Assembly (NCBI GenBank): GCA_045630145.1
Contig: JAZQSO010000031.1
Span: 1 to 43,009, forward strand
Length of the DNA stretch: 43,009 bases
Source of the DNA: Candidatus Nanosyncoccaceae bacterium
GTDB lineage: Bacteria; Patescibacteriota; Saccharimonadia; Saccharimonadales; Saccharimonadaceae
Direction: 5' to 3'
A program made the position numbers and the translations under genes. The number at the start of each line of letters is the position of its first letter. The first letter of the stretch is position 1. Below are positions 7,838-15,761 of this stretch, one piece after another. A model generated the notes under the pieces. It saw only the letters and a program-made list of their open reading frames with translations, had not been told where the DNA came from and did not search any database.

Positions 7838-8284
7838 ATGAGAAAACAGCAAATCAAAAACCTGTCCACCCTCGCCCTTGCTACCCTGGTACCACAGCTT
7901 CCCTTATATGGAATTTACGCCATTTTCTGGCCAAATGCATTCCATTATCTCATCACACGGATGCTGCCACTTGCGGTAACAACTTTTCTGTTTCTAGTCA
8001 CAGCCAATCTCTTGAGCTACTGCGACATCAAAAATAAAACCAACCGGTTTTACGGCTACCTCATCAACTTCGTTACTCTATCGTGCCCTTGTACTTCCTT
8101 CATCATCCACTCCAACGTGCCTGTTCTTGAAGATTCCAAGGTGTTTTACGAGTATGAATCGGCTATTTTCAATATCCTGCTCGCCCTCGTGCTCGCAGAA
8201 TTCAGCCGTAGATACATCATGTATCACGAAAAGAAATATGAGGAACAGCTCGCAGAAGATGCAGAAGAATCATCCGAAGAGTAA
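7838..8284 (+). CDS. Hypothetical multi-pass membrane protein with an acidic C-tail (148 aa)
   Basis: About 4 hydrophobic segments. AAGGAGG at 7822-7828, consensus promoter at 7761-7789, terminator at 8298-8327. Confidence 0.65.
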   Translation: MRKQQIKNLSTLALATLVPQLPLYGIYAIFWPNAFHYLITRMLPLAVTTFLFLVTANLLSYCDIKNKTNRFYGYLINFVTLSCPCTSFIIHSNVPVLEDSKVFYEYESAIFNILLALVLAEFSRRYIMYHEKKYEEQLAEDAEESSEE

Positions 8285-8297
8285 CTCCACTTTGACC

Positions 8298-8327
8298 ACC
8301 ACCCGGAACAATACCGGGTGGTTTTTT
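8298..8327 (+). terminator. Intrinsic terminator
   Basis: ACCACCCGG-7 nt-CCGGGTGGT followed by T6. Confidence 0.85.
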
Positions 8328-8332
8328 ACATC

Positions 8333-8365
8333 AAAAAGCCCCGCGATATTCGCGAGGCTTTTTAT
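8333..8365 (-). terminator. Intrinsic terminator of the adhesin gene (usable in both directions)
   Basis: 11-bp stem AAAGCCCCGCG/CGCGAGGCTTT (1 mismatch) flanked by A and T runs. Confidence 0.75.
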
Positions 8366-8405
8366 AAGGTTTGGCCAAAATGTTTTAGAGAGGCTATTTT
8401 AGCTT

Positions 8406-10883
8406 TTAGCGATCGAAGAGCTTACGCTTTACGATAAAGAAGCCAGCTGCGATTGCGCCAAAGCTACCAGCACCGAGTGAACCCCAGGTAAGGATTTCAT
8501 CGAGGGTCTTTGTATTTGTAATTACAAAGCCATCTTCTGCGTTACCGGTAATCTTTGTAGCATAGCCAGGAATATCAATGTTCTCTGCTACGCTGTAACC
8601 TTTCTCACATTCATCGACGCGGCGATTTTTCCAGGTGTATTCCCAAGTATTATCACCGTCAAGATTGTTTTCTTCGCTAAGCTTAACTGTATCGAGCACA
8701 TCGTCACCACACATCAAGCTTACTTCGATTGAACCTGGGCGATCTTCTTTCTTATCTTCTGCCCAAACTTTCTTAACTGGGATATCTACGAGCTGAACGT
8801 TATAGAAGACACAGCCATCTTTTTCGTCGTCGTCAGCGGCAAAGTTGTCGCCAGCGTTGATTTCACAAGTCGAGAAGTCTTCATCTAGTGCATAACCTAC
8901 TAGTAGCGAATCATCCTCTTCGACAGTGTAAGTAATCGCTTCGCCATTTTCATCGTAAGCTGGCAAATCGTTGAATTCACCAGTCCAGCAGCCATCTTCG
9001 TCTTCGTTAGCTGCGGTAAGGATAAGGTTCTGAACTTCGCCGTTCTTATCGTTCGACAATTCAAAGTCTAGGCTTCTTGGACGCTTAGTCTTATCTTCGT
9101 CAATGAAGCACTTCTTTACTGGAATACTTGTCTTAGCGGTATTTGTCATGCCAGTGTTTGTAGCTGGAGCAAAGCCGATTGTCTGACCATCGATAATGTA
9201 GTTATCTGAAACATAAGTATCAGAGCCACCATTGTAGTAATCGATTTCCTTATAGGTGTAGTTATATTCGTTACCATCAGTATCCTTCTTGACAAGGCTT
9301 ACGCTCAAAGTCCACTCTTCTCTAGTGCCGTACCATGACTTAACCATGTAAGAAGTTCTGTAATATTCAGGTGTGCCACCATTTACACTGCGATAGATGT
9401 TGAAAGCGACAGCATATGGACGCTTTGCTACATTACCACCATCATTCCAGTGCTTCGTAGCAGTAACAGTAATCTTCTCAAGTGAGTTGGTCCAATCAAC
9501 TTCGTAATCACCATCATCGTTTGCGACAGCCTTACAATAAGTCTTATCGCCAACCACGACGTTTTCCGCGCAGCTTAGGCTATAAGCAACTGGAACCGAT
9601 TTTTCTTCAATTGCATAAGTAAGATCGTATTCCGTACCATCAACGGTAAGCTTCGTGACGAGACCAGACACATAGCCACCCCATTCAGTAGAATTAGCAT
9701 TACCTCTCTTAACGAATGTAACGCCAGCCTTTTCGACCATATCATCTACCTGTTCATAAGCGTTATTTCTGTAGATAAGCGCATGTACAGTATAGTTTAG
9801 TGACTCTGGGCGATAATCGCCAGCATAGCCACCATCAGACCAGTGCTTAGTGGTCCAAAGGTTTACCTTTGTAATATCTTCAGAGCGGTTAACGAGCGTA
9901 CAGCTATTTGTAAGGTGATCATTAGATGTACCACAGCTTACTTCCTGAGGCATAAAGTAGTAAATTACATTACCGCCATTGGCTGTATCGATATTAGTGT
10001 TATGCCACCTGTCTTCGCCCTGTGGCTGAACGATTTCGAAGCCATTCTGACCATCCGGAATTACTTCCTCAATCTTAAAGGTTCTCGGAGTGCTACCCGA
10101 CTCAACTTCGTAGGTGTAGGTCTTAGTCCAACCATTCTGTGCGTTTAGGAAGTCATGCTCAACCGTTTGACCAGTTGCAGCATCCTTTAGGTTAAACTCG
10201 ATAGACACATTATGAGAATCTGGATCACCAATGCTATCTTTCCAAACCTTCTTGATGACAACTTTCTGCGTCTCCGTAGTCTTTACAGTATAATCGGCCG
10301 TAAAGATTGCCTGAGCATATGCGCCATCACCTCTGTAACCATCTGGGATAATTTCGACATAGCCCGTTGCGAGATTATTTGGCAAGCCTTTCTTGTAGAA
10401 GTCGAAGATTGCCTTTGCGTTTGTACCATCCGAAGGATATTCATCATAACCTTCATACAAATATGCCAAAGCCCAGTGCATAGCGTCATTGTTAGTAACA
10501 GAATGTAGTCCATTTGTCTGACCATCGATTTCGCCATGAATGTTATTGCTTGCCCAATAGTAAGCAGTAAACATTCTCTTAATTCTTAGCATCTGACCGC
10601 TAGTAGCGTTCTTGAATTCGCTTAAGTCATAGACCGTAGCTGTGTGATTGCCTGGATCTGGATTTGCCCATTTTGGCGTAATACACCAAGCGCGACGATT
10701 ATTCATGGAAAAGTAGCTTTCGGCGCCACTACCATTGATAACCAAGTTTACATTTTCACTACTAGTAGCACTTGCCTCTTGCGGTTGGAGTCTACTGACC
10801 AAGGCAGCTCCAGCTACAACGAGAAGCGCTAACAATCCCCCTATGAAGAAGATTTTCTTCTTGCGTACCAAAAGACTACGCAT
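8406..10883 (-). CDS. Large surface adhesin with about 5 Cna-B-type repeats, an N-terminal signal/TM segment and a C-terminal TM anchor
   Basis: 825 aa. Repeats of the type VKKVWKD..., TKHWSDGG...RPESL, TKHWNDGGNVAKRP, VKKCFIDEDKTKRPRSLDFEL and VKKVWAEDKKEDRPGSIEVSL. The C-terminus is GAGSFGAIAAGFFIVKRKLFDR. Confidence 0.8.
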   Translation of the reverse strand: MRSLLVRKKKIFFIGGLLALLVVAGAALVSRLQPQEASATSSENVNLVINGSGAESYFSMNNRRAWCITPKWANPDPGNHTATVYDLSEFKNATSGQMLRIKRMFTAYYWASNNIHGEIDGQTNGLHSVTNNDAMHWALAYLYEGYDEYPSDGTNAKAIFDFYKKGLPNNLATGYVEIIPDGYRGDGAYAQAIFTADYTVKTTETQKVVIKKVWKDSIGDPDSHNVSIEFNLKDAATGQTVEHDFLNAQNGWTKTYTYEVESGSTPRTFKIEEVIPDGQNGFEIVQPQGEDRWHNTNIDTANGGNVIYYFMPQEVSCGTSNDHLTNSCTLVNRSEDITKVNLWTTKHWSDGGYAGDYRPESLNYTVHALIYRNNAYEQVDDMVEKAGVTFVKRGNANSTEWGGYVSGLVTKLTVDGTEYDLTYAIEEKSVPVAYSLSCAENVVVGDKTYCKAVANDDGDYEVDWTNSLEKITVTATKHWNDGGNVAKRPYAVAFNIYRSVNGGTPEYYRTSYMVKSWYGTREEWTLSVSLVKKDTDGNEYNYTYKEIDYYNGGSDTYVSDNYIIDGQTIGFAPATNTGMTNTAKTSIPVKKCFIDEDKTKRPRSLDFELSNDKNGEVQNLILTAANEDEDGCWTGEFNDLPAYDENGEAITYTVEEDDSLLVGYALDEDFSTCEINAGDNFAADDDEKDGCVFYNVQLVDIPVKKVWAEDKKEDRPGSIEVSLMCGDDVLDTVKLSEENNLDGDNTWEYTWKNRRVDECEKGYSVAENIDIPGYATKITGNAEDGFVITNTKTLDEILTWGSLGAGSFGAIAAGFFIVKRKLFDR

Positions 10884-11003
10884 ATATACCTCTCTTTTTT
10901 TAATGTTTTTATTTTTACTTTGACCTTTTGTACCACAATAATATCATAAGCATTTTAAAAATGCAACAAAAATCCGCTCTTTGAATTTGAGCGGATTTCG
11001 TTT

Positions 11004-12326
11004 TTATAGTTCGGAGATTTTTACGCGCACCTGTTCGGTTGTGTCGCGATCGCGAATCGTTACGGAATCATCTTCCAAAGTATCGAAGTCAATCACAACG
11101 CACTTCGGCGTACCGATTTCGTCCTGCTTGAGATAGCGCTTACCAATATTACCAGAATCATCCCAAGTCACATTGCCGTATTTCTTGCGCAGAAGATCAT
11201 AAACTTCGTGTGCCTTATTAACCAAATCAGGCTTGTTCTTAAGAAGTGGTGATACGCAGAAGCGATATGGCGCCAAGTTCTCTGGCAAAGCCAAAATCGT
11301 ACGTTTCTTACCATCTTTCTCTTCTTCCTTGTAAGCACAGCTAAGCACTGCGAGGAGTAAACGTTCGACACCAATCGAAGGCTCGATAACATGAGGCACA
11401 AAGCGCTCACCGCCGCCCTTTGGAATGTATTCCATGCTCTTACCGCTCGCCTTCTGAATATTCATAAGGTCAAAATCCGTACGATAAGCTAAGCCCATAA
11501 GCTCTTCCTGGCCGTTCGGATAATCAAACATAATATCGATGGTATGCTTGGAATAATGTGCACGATCTTCTGGCGCAACCTCGAAATCATGAATCAATTC
11601 GGCATCAAGCCCCATCTCTTCGGTAAGGAACTTATGATAGGCATCATGAAGTGCATCGAAGCTTTCTTTCCAATCGGCAGGATTTACGAAGTATTCAATC
11701 TCCATCTGTTCGCATTCGCGATCGCGCAAGACAAAGTCGCGTGGGGAGATTTCATTGCGGAAAGCTTTACCCTGCTGAGCAAGACCAAATGGCAAATCTG
11801 GATAGATAGTATCCACAACGTTCTTGTAATTCGTAAAGATACCCTGAGCGGTTTCTGGACGAAGGTAAGCGATAGAAGAATCATCATCAACTGGGCCAAC
11901 GTGCGTCTGGAACATCATGTTAAATTTGCGAATATCGCTCCAGTTCACCTTGCCACAAGTTGGACATTTAGCATTCTTAGCTTTGAATTCTTCGGTCGAA
12001 ATGCTTTCGTTTGCGCCCTCAACAAGTTTATCGGCGCGGAAGCGACCATGACATTCGTTACATTCTACAAGCGGATCGGCAAAAGTAGCCGTGTGGCCGG
12101 AAGCTTCCCAGGTCTTTGGGTTCATAATAATAGCAGCATCGACACCATACATGTCATCACGGCCTTCAACCCAATAATTCCACCAAGTATTCATAATGCG
12201 GCGCTTAAGAGCTACACCAAGTGGGCCAAAATCCCAGGTGCCCGCCATACCGCCATAAACGTCAGAACCCTGCCAAATAAAGCCACGACGTTTGCACAAA
12301 CTTACAATATCTTCCATCTTTGCCAT
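11004..12326 (-). CDS. glyQS: Glycine--tRNA ligase (dimeric class II type)
   Basis: The N-terminus MEDIVSLCKRRGFIWQGSDVYGGMAGTWDFGPLG and the overall 440-aa length are typical of GlyQS. I prefer ATG 12326 over 12347. Confidence 0.9.
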   Translation of the reverse strand: MAKMEDIVSLCKRRGFIWQGSDVYGGMAGTWDFGPLGVALKRRIMNTWWNYWVEGRDDMYGVDAAIIMNPKTWEASGHTATFADPLVECNECHGRFRADKLVEGANESISTEEFKAKNAKCPTCGKVNWSDIRKFNMMFQTHVGPVDDDSSIAYLRPETAQGIFTNYKNVVDTIYPDLPFGLAQQGKAFRNEISPRDFVLRDRECEQMEIEYFVNPADWKESFDALHDAYHKFLTEEMGLDAELIHDFEVAPEDRAHYSKHTIDIMFDYPNGQEELMGLAYRTDFDLMNIQKASGKSMEYIPKGGGERFVPHVIEPSIGVERLLLAVLSCAYKEEEKDGKKRTILALPENLAPYRFCVSPLLKNKPDLVNKAHEVYDLLRKKYGNVTWDDSGNIGKRYLKQDEIGTPKCVVIDFDTLEDDSVTIRDRDTTEQVRVKISEL

Positions 12327-12335
12327 AATAGATAT

Positions 12336-12341
12336 ATTATA
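12336..12341 (-). promoter_or_regulatory. -10 box TATAAT 9 nt upstream of the glyQS ATG
   Basis: The minus strand reads TATAAT-atatctatt-ATG(12326). An overlapping TAATAT would give N7. No SD. Confidence 0.45.
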
Positions 12342-12634
12342 CAACATTTTTGGCTTTATACATCTGTTCTTCTCATCTCGCTACGCTCATGACGTTTCGG
12401 CAAATAACATCTGGGTTTTGTTTTGCGTCACTAGGCATTTGTATAGATTTAAGGCCCTGAAACAAATGTAATAATTTTTAAAATCCGAATTGTAAGCTAC
12501 CTCTGTCGAACACTACGCAAAGTAAACAACTACGCCGAACCGTTCACATAGAGTAAACTCCGCCTCTGTTAGTTACAAGTATGCCTCTCAAAATTCTTAC
12601 ATTTCCTATAGGGTCCGAACCAAGACTATACACG

Positions 12635-12800
12635 ACGGCTTTTCTTCTATTTCTCAAAACACCAAGAGCGAAGTGCGCCAAGATCGCCATGACAGCTTTT
12701 CTTCTATTTTTCGAAACGTCACGAGCACAAAGTATCGAGATAGCCCCCGAGTAGCTTGCATATACTATTTCTTGAAACGTACAGAGCGAAGCGGAGTGAA
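12635..12800. repeat. Three degenerate tandem copies of a ~58-bp noncoding unit
   Basis: Units start near 12635, 12691 and 12753. The shared core is GCTTTTCTTCTATTT.TC.AAAC..CA.GAGC.AAG. An inverted partial copy lies at 12385-12399 (cgaaacgtcatgagc versus cgaaacgtcacgagc at 12712-12726). Confidence 0.7.
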
Positions 12801-12820
12801 AAAAATAGTATATGCAAGCT
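12753..12820. repeat. Perfect 18-bp inverted repeat (hairpin with a 32-nt loop) abutting the recO stop codon
   Basis: AGCTTGCATATACTATTT (12753-12770) versus AAATAGTATATGCAAGCT (12803-12820). Confidence 0.9.
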
Positions 12821-13524
12821 CACCTCGTGGCTTTCTCGGCGCACTTCACCACATACGAAACTTCTTCCATAAGCCTCCCCGCATCCTTCACCTTCAAAGC
12901 CAACTCCGCTGAGCCAGTCTGCATAATGCGCATTAGTTTAATATGCTCCGCATTCACACGCCCAGCCTTAGCCGGCGCAAATGCCACGTTTTCCTCGTCC
13001 CAATAATATCGCCCATCCGCAACCAACTTCTCACCGTTCGTATCAAAACGCAGATTTATCTCTTCGCCGCTCGCACGTAACAAATTCAAACCCCACCACG
13101 AACGTAAAACTTCCTTCCAACTGCCATCCTCATCTTCAGCGTGCTTTTGCATCACCCGGAAAACCTGACAAACAATATCAAAAAACTCCGACGAATCGAC
13201 GTGTTCGCTCAAATTATTAACCGTCTTCATTAGCGCGCCACCTTGTTCAATCAAATCTAGATCTTTTACGAGCGCGTCATAATATTCCACCAAACGCGCA
13301 CCCGTCAAAACTCCTAAGTCGCTCCGCCCCGCATGAATTAAAACATCGGAAACCGAGAACAACTCAATGCCGCCCGCCAACTTCGACTTCTCTTTTCTCA
13401 CGCCACGCGCAATCACGCTACGCTTCCCGCTCGGCGTCAAAAGCTGCAAAATCCGATCCGCTTCACCATAGTCCGTACGACGCAGCACAATCGCCTTCGT
13501 GCGCAAATCCCGATTACCTGCCAT
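12820..13524 (-). CDS. recO: DNA repair protein RecO
   Basis: TKAIVLRRTDYGEADRILQLLTPSGKRSVIARGVRK is a typical RecO OB-fold N-terminus. ATG 13524 overlaps the end of the response-regulator gene. The track start at 13548 is also possible. Confidence 0.8.
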   Translation of the reverse strand: MAGNRDLRTKAIVLRRTDYGEADRILQLLTPSGKRSVIARGVRKEKSKLAGGIELFSVSDVLIHAGRSDLGVLTGARLVEYYDALVKDLDLIEQGGALMKTVNNLSEHVDSSEFFDIVCQVFRVMQKHAEDEDGSWKEVLRSWWGLNLLRASGEEINLRFDTNGEKLVADGRYYWDEENVAFAPAKAGRVNAEHIKLMRIMQTGSAELALKVKDAGRLMEEVSYVVKCAEKATR

Positions 13525-13867
13525 CTGCAATCCTTTGCACTGCCGCAAGCAAATCCTGCGGCGTCATTTCTGCCTTGTCGAAAGCTTTACAAACCCCATA
13601 ACTTTCATCGATATCTTCAATCTTCACACTCGACACTACAATCACCGGCACATTCATTAGCTCCGGGTAGCTTCGCATCTCATGTAAAATCGCAAAGCCC
13701 GTTGGTCCCGTCAGAAGCACATCCAAAATCACAAGGTCCGGCGTTTCGTCGTCCATTGCCGAAATTGCTTCTACGCCGTCGCGAAAAAAGCTGAGCGTAT
13801 GCGCCTTCAAAATCCGCGCATAATAGCGCTCCCAGCCACGATCGTCCTCGATTACGAATATTTTCAT
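13514..13867 (-). CDS. Stand-alone receiver-domain response regulator (CheY-like, no output domain)
   Basis: 117 aa. MKIFVIEDD...PDLVILDVLL...VPVIVVSS...K. ATGA overlap with the kinase gene. Confidence 0.85.
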   Translation of the reverse strand: MKIFVIEDDRGWERYYARILKAHTLSFFRDGVEAISAMDDETPDLVILDVLLTGPTGFAILHEMRSYPELMNVPVIVVSSVKIEDIDESYGVCKAFDKAEMTPQDLLAAVQRIADGR

Positions 13868-14565
13868 ACTAAACTCATCTGCTCACTCACCGGCAAATCC
13901 ACATAAAAACTTGTGCCGTCCCGATGACGAATTAGCCCAAACTTTGCATTCATATAATTCGCGAACTTCGCCGCAATATACAAGCCCATGCCAGAACTAC
14001 CTGGACGCATGGAAATCTCGGTCGGCTTCTTTACAATACCGTTCTTAATCTCGCGCCAAATCCGCGTCGGCACTGCCGGACCGTAATCACGCACCTCGAT
14101 GCGAATTTTATCTCTGCCTTTATCGCAAACAAAAATCTCACTCGGCAAATCCTCGCCACCATAATTCATTGCATTTAAACAAAAGTTATAAACCACTGAA
14201 CGTAGCAACTGCGGATTCGCTACCGCCAAGCGACGACGGTTGCGATAATATATTTTCAACTCACGACGATTAAACCTAAATAGCTGCCACAGCTCACTCG
14301 AAACGTCATCGCAAATCGCCCGTGGATTTACTGGTTCCATTTCAAACAAAGCGTCTTCTAGCCGCGCCACACGCAACATGTCTTCCACTTGGCGCAAGGC
14401 GCGTTCACTCGTCGATACAATCTGACGACTAACGTCCTGCACGCCCTCAAGAGAATCTTCGAATTCAAGAGATAAGGCAAGCTGGCGCACCAAACTTAGC
14501 GGTGCTTTGAGCTCATGCGCCACAACAATCGCGCCAGAATTAGCGCTCATTACCTCACTCTCCAT
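13864..14565 (-). CDS. Minimal cytoplasmic histidine kinase (DHp plus CA only, no sensor or TM region)
   Basis: The H-box VVAHELKAPL starts at about residue 14. N-box NFCLNAMNYG, G-boxes VRDYGPAV and GSSGMGLYI. Confidence 0.8.
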   Translation of the reverse strand: MESEVMSANSGAIVVAHELKAPLSLVRQLALSLEFEDSLEGVQDVSRQIVSTSERALRQVEDMLRVARLEDALFEMEPVNPRAICDDVSSELWQLFRFNRRELKIYYRNRRRLAVANPQLLRSVVYNFCLNAMNYGGEDLPSEIFVCDKGRDKIRIEVRDYGPAVPTRIWREIKNGIVKKPTEISMRPGSSGMGLYIAAKFANYMNAKFGLIRHRDGTSFYVDLPVSEQMSLV

Positions 14566-14571
14566 GTCTCT

Positions 14572-14577
14572 ATTCTA
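14572..14577 (-). promoter_or_regulatory. -10-like TAGAAT 6 nt upstream of the histidine kinase ATG
   Basis: The minus strand reads TAGAAT-agagac-ATG(14565). Confidence 0.45.
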
Positions 14578-14620
14578 CATCAAGCCAGACACGAAGCAAA
14601 AAGCTATTGCTTAGTCTTTT

Positions 14621-15511
14621 TTACAACAAGTTATTGCGTTTGAGCGACTCGACAACCTTGTCGTAATCAGTCTGATAGACTTCAGAATCCGTCTGAATAA
14701 TTGCCGTGCGATCATTAATCTGAAGCAATACAACGCTACCATTCAAGTTGTCTTCAATTGTGCCGTTAAAGCGCATTGAAACACCATCAAAGCTCTGAAC
14801 TGAACCTGCCGATTCGAGCTTCGTGTTCGCTAATTCGTCTGAGTTATACTCAGTAACCTTCTTGTTGTATTCCTCGACAACCTGATCGTAATACTTCGAT
14901 ACAATCGAAACCCTCAAAGCATAACGCGAACGCTCATCTTTAGTTGGCAAAACCTCTGAAGGACGGAAATAAGACACAAAATCACCACCATCAAGACCTT
15001 CACTTGCCACATAAGCATTCCAGGTCTTCGGATAATTGAACGTCAAACCGCCGAGTGCCTCAGGGACACCCGTAAACTCTAACCATGGCTCCTTATCTTT
15101 TTCAAGGAAAGCCAAATCATCTTCTTGCTGCTGCTCAAGCTTGCCAGCCTCAATCGCAAGAAGCGTATCATTCTCGCCGTTACGTTGTAGGTTCTGCCAT
15201 TTTACAAAGAAAGCAACCATTGCAATAATCGCTACCGCCGCCGACAAACATGCAATCACGAGCGCAATCGTGCGACCAGCACCAGACTCACCCTTAGTTT
15301 CAACCGCAGCATTTGGCGCTTGCGCGACATTCACACCAACGACTGGCACGGCCTGATGACGCATTGAGGTGTTCAAATTTGCACCCAAATTAGGACTTTG
15401 GCCAGAATTCGCATAAGGATTTACTGGCGCATTTGGATCAGAATTCGCACCGACATTTGGATATGTCGGAGCCTGACCACCATTAAAAGAATTCACTGAA
15501 TTAGGATTCAT
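14621..15511 (-). CDS. Hypothetical single-pass membrane protein: Pro/Asn-rich N-terminus, TM segment, ~190-aa extracytoplasmic domain
   Basis: TM segment TIALVIACLSAAVAIIAMVAFFV. The N-terminus is low complexity (NPNS...NAPVNPYANSG). Confidence 0.6.
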   Translation of the reverse strand: MNPNSVNSFNGGQAPTYPNVGANSDPNAPVNPYANSGQSPNLGANLNTSMRHQAVPVVGVNVAQAPNAAVETKGESGAGRTIALVIACLSAAVAIIAMVAFFVKWQNLQRNGENDTLLAIEAGKLEQQQEDDLAFLEKDKEPWLEFTGVPEALGGLTFNYPKTWNAYVASEGLDGGDFVSYFRPSEVLPTKDERSRYALRVSIVSKYYDQVVEEYNKKVTEYNSDELANTKLESAGSVQSFDGVSMRFNGTIEDNLNGSVVLLQINDRTAIIQTDSEVYQTDYDKVVESLKRNNLL

Positions 15512-15565
15512 ATAAATTTATTATAATTCAAACACGAGCATTTTTCAAAACGCTTATATTAAAAA

Positions 15566-15760
15566 TTATTTGCTAAAATCTTCGTCAATAACTTTAATTT
15601 CATTCTTGAGTTCTGCCAAATCTTTTTCAATATCTTTGGCCAAAACCGTCAAATCTTTATACTTTGAAGCCGCTTGATCGAGTTCGAATTCGTCCGAATA
15701 GAACCATTCTACGCCGGCTTTCAACTCGTCAATTTTCGTTGAAATTTTCTTTGTTGCCAT
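15566..15760 (-). CDS. xseB: Exodeoxyribonuclease VII small subunit
   Basis: About 64-aa helical protein immediately after xseA (stop 15762-15764). AGGA SD present. I prefer the start at MATKKIS (15760) over the track start. Confidence 0.75.
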   Translation of the reverse strand: MATKKISTKIDELKAGVEWFYSDEFELDQAASKYKDLTVLAKDIEKDLAELKNEIKVIDEDFSK

Positions 15761-15761
15761 C

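Noticed and set aside
7654-7869. A 71-aa minus-strand ORF.
   Set aside because: It lies across the AT-rich divergent promoter region and overlaps both consensus promoters and the start of the 7838 gene. It has no SD.
8406-8500. A sortase LPXTG signal at the C-terminus of the 825-aa adhesin.
   Set aside because: A TM segment plus KRKLFDR tail is present, but the preceding sequence (DEILTWGS) does not match LPXTG or known variants.
11544-12392. A 282-aa ORF on the plus strand.
   Set aside because: It is entirely antisense to glyQS, which has clear family signatures. Its composition is typical of an antisense shadow ORF, and it has no SD or promoter.
12600-12640. A tRNA-like T-arm word (GGGTCCGAACC).
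   Set aside because: No acceptor, D or anticodon stems can be drawn around it on either strand. No tRNA was found anywhere in the window.
12673-12912. A 79-aa plus-strand ORF in the glyQS-recO noncoding island.
   Set aside because: It runs through the tandem repeats and into the antisense of recO. It has no SD, and its composition is implausible.
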